Part shown: piece after piece, positions 58,920 to 64,000 of the stretch
Layout: every line of letters begins with the position of its first letter
How positions within the stretch are numbered: position 1 is the first letter of the stretch
Origin: Spirochaetia bacterium
GTDB lineage: Bacteria > Spirochaetota > Spirochaetia > DSM-16054 > Sediminispirochaetaceae
Length of the DNA stretch: 64,000 nucleotides
Direction of reading: 5' to 3'
Assembly (NCBI GenBank): GCA_034520965.1
Contig: JAXHMY010000002.1
Span: 160,001-224,000, forward strand
Notes under the pieces: generated by a model
Database searches by the model: none
Told to the model about the DNA's origin: nothing
Seen by the model: only the letters and a program-made list of their open reading frames with translations
Made by a program: the position numbers and the translations under genes

Positions 58920-59912
58920 TCAATTATCCTGCAGCTGCAGCAGCTCTTTCAAGGGATTTAATACGGTATTTAGCCTCCATTGACTTACCAGATAGGTATA
59001 CTGGCTGTGTAGTGGACGTACGTACACCTGTTGCCGATTATTTTTATTGCCGATTCGCAGTTTATAGGTGTTCCCACTTGTCGTTTCAAAACTGATTATT
59101 GTATGAGGGTCGGTGATACCGGAATAAGATCTCTCATCGCGGGTAGCATACTTCTCACCATGCAGCTCAATCAGATTCCTTATGTGTCTGTTCATCACCT
59201 CAGGGTCAACAACTTTGGGAGCCGCCTCTTCTGAAGTGAGGCTCCACTTTATCTGATTCAGTCCTTCCTCCGAACGCCGAAATCTGAATTGCCCATCTTC
59301 CTTGGTAATGAACTCTAGTGCCATTACGTCTTGAATAGAAAGTTTTTCTGAGAAAAGAGCCAAATCGGACCAATAACCGGTTTCTCTTTCAAGGTACCGG
59401 CGTAAATCGTCAACTACATAAACTGAATCGGAGGAGATTTTACGAGCATATTGACGATCACTGCCCTGCAGGGAATCTCCAAAAACAATGGTTTCTTGAG
59501 CTTCACCATCCATATTGGTGAAAATTTTTAGTTTTAGACCATTCCCATCGTCAACAGAATACTTACTCCAATTATCGGGCGATGCTGCTGCTTCAGAGTA
59601 GAAGGCTAAATTCGCTATCCTATCAGTAAATGCCTTTACTTTTTTACTGTCCGCCGGAAACTTTTCACTTTCCAAGGCCACAAACCAGGCCGGCTGCTGA
59701 TTATTCTCTCCCTTTGCTTCGCTGTGTATAAGCGCAAATTCCTGATTTAAGAATTCAATTTTGGTTATACTCCCGGCATCCACATTCTGTAACCATGGCT
59801 GGGGACTAAGCCTGCGGCTATCAGAAGAAGTAAGCAGGGGCCCTAGAAAATAGGTACCCATCAGCAGCAGTGCAAGTGTTGAAAGCAGTATCATTTTATT
59901 CCTGTAGGTCAT
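58920..59912 (-). CDS. DUF4340 domain protein
   Basis: N-terminal TM helix, duplicated W..PAD..KV / LRIG..YVR..YLV pattern; follows a GldG-like gene. Confidence 0.75.
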   Translation of the reverse strand: MTYRNKMILLSTLALLLMGTYFLGPLLTSSDSRRLSPQPWLQNVDAGSITKIEFLNQEFALIHSEAKGENNQQPAWFVALESEKFPADSKKVKAFTDRIANLAFYSEAAASPDNWSKYSVDDGNGLKLKIFTNMDGEAQETIVFGDSLQGSDRQYARKISSDSVYVVDDLRRYLERETGYWSDLALFSEKLSIQDVMALEFITKEDGQFRFRRSEEGLNQIKWSLTSEEAAPKVVDPEVMNRHIRNLIELHGEKYATRDERSYSGITDPHTIISFETTSGNTYKLRIGNKNNRQQVYVRPLHSQYTYLVSQWRLNTVLNPLKELLQLQDN

Positions 59913-61515
59913 GATTCCCCTCCTGCAGCACCGGAGGATGCCTTCGCCTTGCTGCATACCGGAACAGACCATATCCAATTACCAGAAGTGGTATAAACAC
60001 AAGATTTACGATTTGCGAAAAAGCGTATTGAACCTGTGCCCGATCCGGATTAAGACGATTTAAACGCGTATCCCCCACAATTCGAGTTCGTATTTTCATC
60101 AAATCATCATCTTCCGCAAGCCAATCGGCACAAGTTAGCAAAAAGCTCAGATTATACATACTATTGGAATACTGAATGAGATTAGATGCGAAATGTGCAT
60201 CTCCAAACAGTACAACTCTGCTGGGGGAATCCCCCTTGGCTTTAATTTCATCGTAAGGGAGTATCTCTCCCGGCGGGGGAACTATGGTTTTGGATGCATA
60301 CACACTATACAACTCTTTTTCCAGCGCTACGGCAAGAGTATACTGCCCGGCTGCTTCGGCGGTTTTTTGGTTTAAGCTCCCCGCCCGATAAGGATCTGTA
60401 ATAAACACATCTTCCATTAACCAGGCCTCAGGAGAGCTTTCCACCAATCTTCGTGAATGGCCCCCGGCGGAATCCAATACTGTTAGAGGACTCGGCCACA
60501 GTAAATCGAGCCCTTGAAAACGGGCAGTAATCGGATGTTCTTGGTTTACATTACCCGGACGAATCGATATCCAGTGCGGGTAGGTATCCAGCACATCCCA
60601 GGTGATTCCGTCGAATGTCTGTCGAGGAATCCGAAAGTTTTTCGCGTATTTATCCAATACAAGCTGCTTTTCTACTCGTACCCCATAAGATTCAAGTAGT
60701 TCAAATACCGGCAGCTCCTCGTAGGGAGAGGCCTTTAGGTTATCCTCCAGGTCTATTTTAACCCCGCCGATACCGAAAAAAGCATTGCCCCCATTCATCA
60801 GAAACTGGTCAATGTGCAGAAGATCATATCGACGCAAGCCCTCTCCGCCCAGCAGAAAAAGGATATCTATTCGCTCAGGTATCATCTCTCCCCGGGTCAG
60901 CTCTTCTACTTCAAAGGAGCCGGAGAGGGTTTCATACAGACCACTGTAATCATTCTGTAGGTTCATTGATGAATCTCTGATTAATATCCCTATTCTCCGT
61001 GCATCCTGTCGCAGCATCTTCCTGATGCTGGAAGTAAGTTGATATTCTAATGTTTCAGTACTAAACACCAGCGGCAGAACCTCCTGCCGATCCAAGTATC
61101 TTAATGAGATTCCCGAAAACACTTTTGCATAGGTCTGTTCATTCTCTTCTACTACCTGTATTTGGCGCGGTTCGATTCCAAGCTCCTGAACTTCCTTGCT
61201 TAGTCCGGCCTTATCCGGATCAACTACCGCAATTTTAATGTTCCCGCCGCCATAGGTGGCATATTCATCCAGTAAGTCTTCAATAAGCTGAGGAGTTTGG
61301 CTTACACTGCCCAGTTTATCCGATACATAGTAGGTAATACTCACCTGTCCGGGAAGTTCGTCCATCATTCTTTTTGACACCTCGGATATGCTGTACAGCT
61401 TATCTTCAGTGAGATCAATTCGAGCAAAATACCGCTGGCTATTTAAAAGAAACAACACCGCTACCACCAGTGTAATCAGCAGTAGACTTATCTCTTTCCA
61501 TCGTTGGGGCAGCAT
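59896..61515 (-). CDS. GldG-family ABC transporter auxiliary component
   Basis: RIDLTEDKLYSIS, DLLDEY, IDQFLMNGG, DWLAEDDDLMKIR. Confidence 0.85.
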   Translation of the reverse strand: MLPQRWKEISLLLITLVVAVLFLLNSQRYFARIDLTEDKLYSISEVSKRMMDELPGQVSITYYVSDKLGSVSQTPQLIEDLLDEYATYGGGNIKIAVVDPDKAGLSKEVQELGIEPRQIQVVEENEQTYAKVFSGISLRYLDRQEVLPLVFSTETLEYQLTSSIRKMLRQDARRIGILIRDSSMNLQNDYSGLYETLSGSFEVEELTRGEMIPERIDILFLLGGEGLRRYDLLHIDQFLMNGGNAFFGIGGVKIDLEDNLKASPYEELPVFELLESYGVRVEKQLVLDKYAKNFRIPRQTFDGITWDVLDTYPHWISIRPGNVNQEHPITARFQGLDLLWPSPLTVLDSAGGHSRRLVESSPEAWLMEDVFITDPYRAGSLNQKTAEAAGQYTLAVALEKELYSVYASKTIVPPPGEILPYDEIKAKGDSPSRVVLFGDAHFASNLIQYSNSMYNLSFLLTCADWLAEDDDLMKIRTRIVGDTRLNRLNPDRAQVQYAFSQIVNLVFIPLLVIGYGLFRYAARRRHPPVLQEGNHDLQE

Positions 61516-61521
61516 CCGATT

Positions 61522-62244
61522 CTACCTCCACTTCCGCAGTATTAGAATTTTCATGTTAAAATAAAGAAACATTCCGGTTCCCACTAAATAGAAGCTCATA
61601 TCCCGGGTATCGACAAGCCCCTTGGTAAAGCTTTGAAAATGGCTGTGCAGGGAGAGATACCTAAGCAGGTCTGAAACAGAATCCGGCAGGTCTGCAAACA
61701 TGGTAAGCTGCCATAAAAGCGTAAATATAAGAAGAAATACCACACTAAATAGAAAGGCACTAATTTGATTTGCCGAGAGTGCTGAAATACATAAACCGAC
61801 GGCAATTCCCAGCCCTGCGAGTAAGAGCGAACCAATATATTGGCCGATTATCTGACCTGTATCGAAGTCGCCCATCGGCAGAAGGGTAAGAGGCACCGGT
61901 ATAGTCAAAACCAACAAGCCACTTATAAGCAAAAAAGCGGCCAAAAATTTTCCTAAAACTAATTCGCTGATCCGTATCGGAAGAGTCAACAGGATTTCAT
62001 CTGTCTTCATGCGGGTTTCTTCGGCCCAGCTGCGCATGGTAAGTGCCGGAAGCAAAAAAATATAGACCATAGGAAATACACTGAAGTATCCCCGTAAGGA
62101 AGCCACATCGGCAGCATAGAACTGCTGCATAAAGTAAAACCAGCCGGCGGTAAACAGCAGAAAGAAGAGAGCCGCTATATAGGCTATAGGGGTATTAAAA
62201 TACCCGCGTAATTCTTTTATGATCACCGCCTGTAACCTACGCAT
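61522..62244 (-). CDS. ABC-2 permease, GldF-like
   Basis: KELRGYFNTPIAY, PALTMRSWAEE, LVLGKFLA, NQISAF, KGLVDTRD. Confidence 0.88.
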   Translation of the reverse strand: MRRLQAVIIKELRGYFNTPIAYIAALFFLLFTAGWFYFMQQFYAADVASLRGYFSVFPMVYIFLLPALTMRSWAEETRMKTDEILLTLPIRISELVLGKFLAAFLLISGLLVLTIPVPLTLLPMGDFDTGQIIGQYIGSLLLAGLGIAVGLCISALSANQISAFLFSVVFLLIFTLLWQLTMFADLPDSVSDLLRYLSLHSHFQSFTKGLVDTRDMSFYLVGTGMFLYFNMKILILRKWR

Positions 62245-63205
62245 GAAGCCCCCCCTCCCTTCCGGAGTCTTGTTCCTTGCCTGTCAGATTAAGAAATACA
62301 TCTTCCAGGGACAAAGTTTTTCGCCGCAGTTCTACCAAGGTAAGTCCGTTGCGAACAGCCCATTCGAACAGCGTACTTCCATCGGCAGATTCCGCGGAAA
62401 CATTGATTTCTACCCGGACTGCATTCTCAAGGCTTTCCATGGCCACGAGGCTGAGGAAATGCGGCTCCCGGTCTATCAGCCTTTCAATATCCCCTGGTGA
62501 AGCACCTCGTACCAGGGCAATAAACACCGCATCTCTCTGTATGGAGCTACGAATCGCTTCGGTAAATCCCTGTGCCACTATCTTGCCTTCGTTCATTATT
62601 AAAACCCGAGAGCAGACAGCCTCAACTTCCTGGAGAATATGAGTAGATAGAATAACGGTTTTCTCACGACCAACCGATTGTATTAGCTTTCTAATTTCAA
62701 TAATCTGATGGGGATCCAAGCCGGTGGTGGGCTCATCAAGGATGAGCAGTTCCGGGGCGTGAATCACCGCTTGGGCAAGACCCACCCTCTGCTGAAATCC
62801 TTTGGACAGCTTCGCAATTGGCCGGTACAGGACCGGAGCCAAACCGGTCTCTTCTATTGTGGTCGGTATGCGTCGCTGTTTGTCGGAGGCACTCAATCCG
62901 CGGGCATCAGCAATAAACTCAAGGTATTCATGCACATTCAAATCGGAATAGATGGGTGCATTTTCCGGCAGATACCCAATCTCCGATTTTATCTTTAACG
63001 ACTCTGTATATATATCATATCCTAAAATAGTTACATTTCCTGAACTCGGAAAGTGATAGCCCGTAAGAATCTTCATCAAAGTGGTTTTCCCGGCCCCATT
63101 TGGCCCCAACAGTCCAACTACTTCGCCTTTCCCTATCGACAAATCTACGCCTCGAACCGCTTCAATGGATCCGTAGCGTTTACTTACCTTCTGTACCTCA
63201 ATCAT
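62237..63205 (-). CDS. ABC transporter ATP-binding protein, GldA-like
   Basis: GPNGAGKTT, LSKGFQQRVGLA, ILDEPTTGLDP, STHIL; start moved to ATG 63205. Confidence 0.92.
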   Translation of the reverse strand: MIEVQKVSKRYGSIEAVRGVDLSIGKGEVVGLLGPNGAGKTTLMKILTGYHFPSSGNVTILGYDIYTESLKIKSEIGYLPENAPIYSDLNVHEYLEFIADARGLSASDKQRRIPTTIEETGLAPVLYRPIAKLSKGFQQRVGLAQAVIHAPELLILDEPTTGLDPHQIIEIRKLIQSVGREKTVILSTHILQEVEAVCSRVLIMNEGKIVAQGFTEAIRSSIQRDAVFIALVRGASPGDIERLIDREPHFLSLVAMESLENAVRVEINVSAESADGSTLFEWAVRNGLTLVELRRKTLSLEDVFLNLTGKEQDSGREGGLHA

Positions 63206-64000
63206 GCCCCTTCGGCTCCTCCTGGTAAGGTATATCAAAGGACTGACGATCACGGGTTAAGATAGTACTGGGAAACAGTTCACGGGCCTCTTTCAACAGC
63301 TGCCGCAGTTCGTATTCAGTATAGCGCGGACTGTAATGGATGAGTCCAAGGGTACCGATACCACCGGCATCTTTGGCAATAGTGGCCGCCTGGCGGGAGG
63401 TGAGGTGCTTTTTTTCACGGGCGCTCTCTTCCAGCTCATGCTTAAACATGCTCTCACATACCAGAAAATCGCAGCCCCTTAGCTTAGAAGATAGTCCTTC
63501 AAAGTACATAGTATCGGTTACATAACCGATTTTTCTACCTGGCCGCATCGGTCCCATGACGGCATCCGATTTTACCGGTACTCCCGTATCCGTAACAACA
63601 GTCTCGCCTTTCTGCAGCTGAGCCCACCGAGGGCCCTTAGGAACTTCCAGCCGTTCAGCTTCTTCAGGATCAAACACTCCCGGCCGGTCATCCTCTACCA
63701 GTGTATAACCTAAACACGGCTTTGTATGGCGCAGCCAAAAAGCCTCTACGTGAAAACCCTCCCCTTGATACACAATTCCGGGAGACTCTACCTCTCGAAT
63801 CACTATTTCATAGTTAATATACATATCAAGTACACGCCGATTCTCTTCCACATATTCCTTAATCCTGGGCGGCCCTATAATGTAAAGGGGTTCATCACGA
63901 TCAACCTGACTAGAGAGCATCAATATTCCCGGTAAGCCGGTTACATGATCGGCATGGGTGTGACTGATAAAAATTGTATTTATCTTTTTCCAGCGCAGGT
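63198..64000 (-). CDS. rnz: Ribonuclease Z (5' end outside window)
   Basis: In-frame ISHTHADHVTGLPG upstream of the listed ORF; GP-rich exosite, TDT, CES, KKHLT, IHYSPRY. Confidence 0.93.
   Translation of the reverse strand, partial: LRWKKINTIFISHTHADHVTGLPGILMLSSQVDRDEPLYIIGPPRIKEYVEENRRVLDMYINYEIVIREVESPGIVYQGEGFHVEAFWLRHTKPCLGYTLVEDDRPGVFDPEEAERLEVPKGPRWAQLQKGETVVTDTGVPVKSDAVMGPMRPGRKIGYVTDTMYFEGLSSKLRGCDFLVCESMFKHELEESAREKKHLTSRQAATIAKDAGGIGTLGLIHYSPRYTEYELRQLLKEARELFPSTILTRDRQSFDIPYQEEPKGHD

Overview
Core-genome window from a spirochaete (Spirochaetales-like). This is inferred from the long-form GreA, the scpA-scpB-rluB-cmk-rpsA order, the dnaG-rpoD-Zn-ribbon-rnpB-TPR-mreBCD-mrdA-rodA order, and DUF5312-like and FlgD/OmpA proteins. 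It holds about 50 CDS (rpe, dtd, recA, scpAB, cmk, rpsA, mazG, mre/rod cluster, rpoD, dnaG, mltG, map, aroH, rnz, a Gld-like ABC transporter, two Maf/DUF115 proteins), RNase P RNA and two tRNAs (Tyr-GTA, Thr-TGT). No transposase, prophage or CRISPR array was seen. Several conserved genes (dnaG, mreB and others) carry single-base frameshifts that look like read errors. Two signals stand out. (1) A dispersed family of 51-143 bp intergenic elements with CAGC(A)ATTC-type termini and 9-bp flanking direct repeats, built from long perfect palindromes that differ between copies yet stay symmetric; three of four copies abut a predicted -35 box. (2) A near-consensus sigma-28 promoter in front of an 822-aa hyper-acidic protein, co-oriented with two Maf-family genes.
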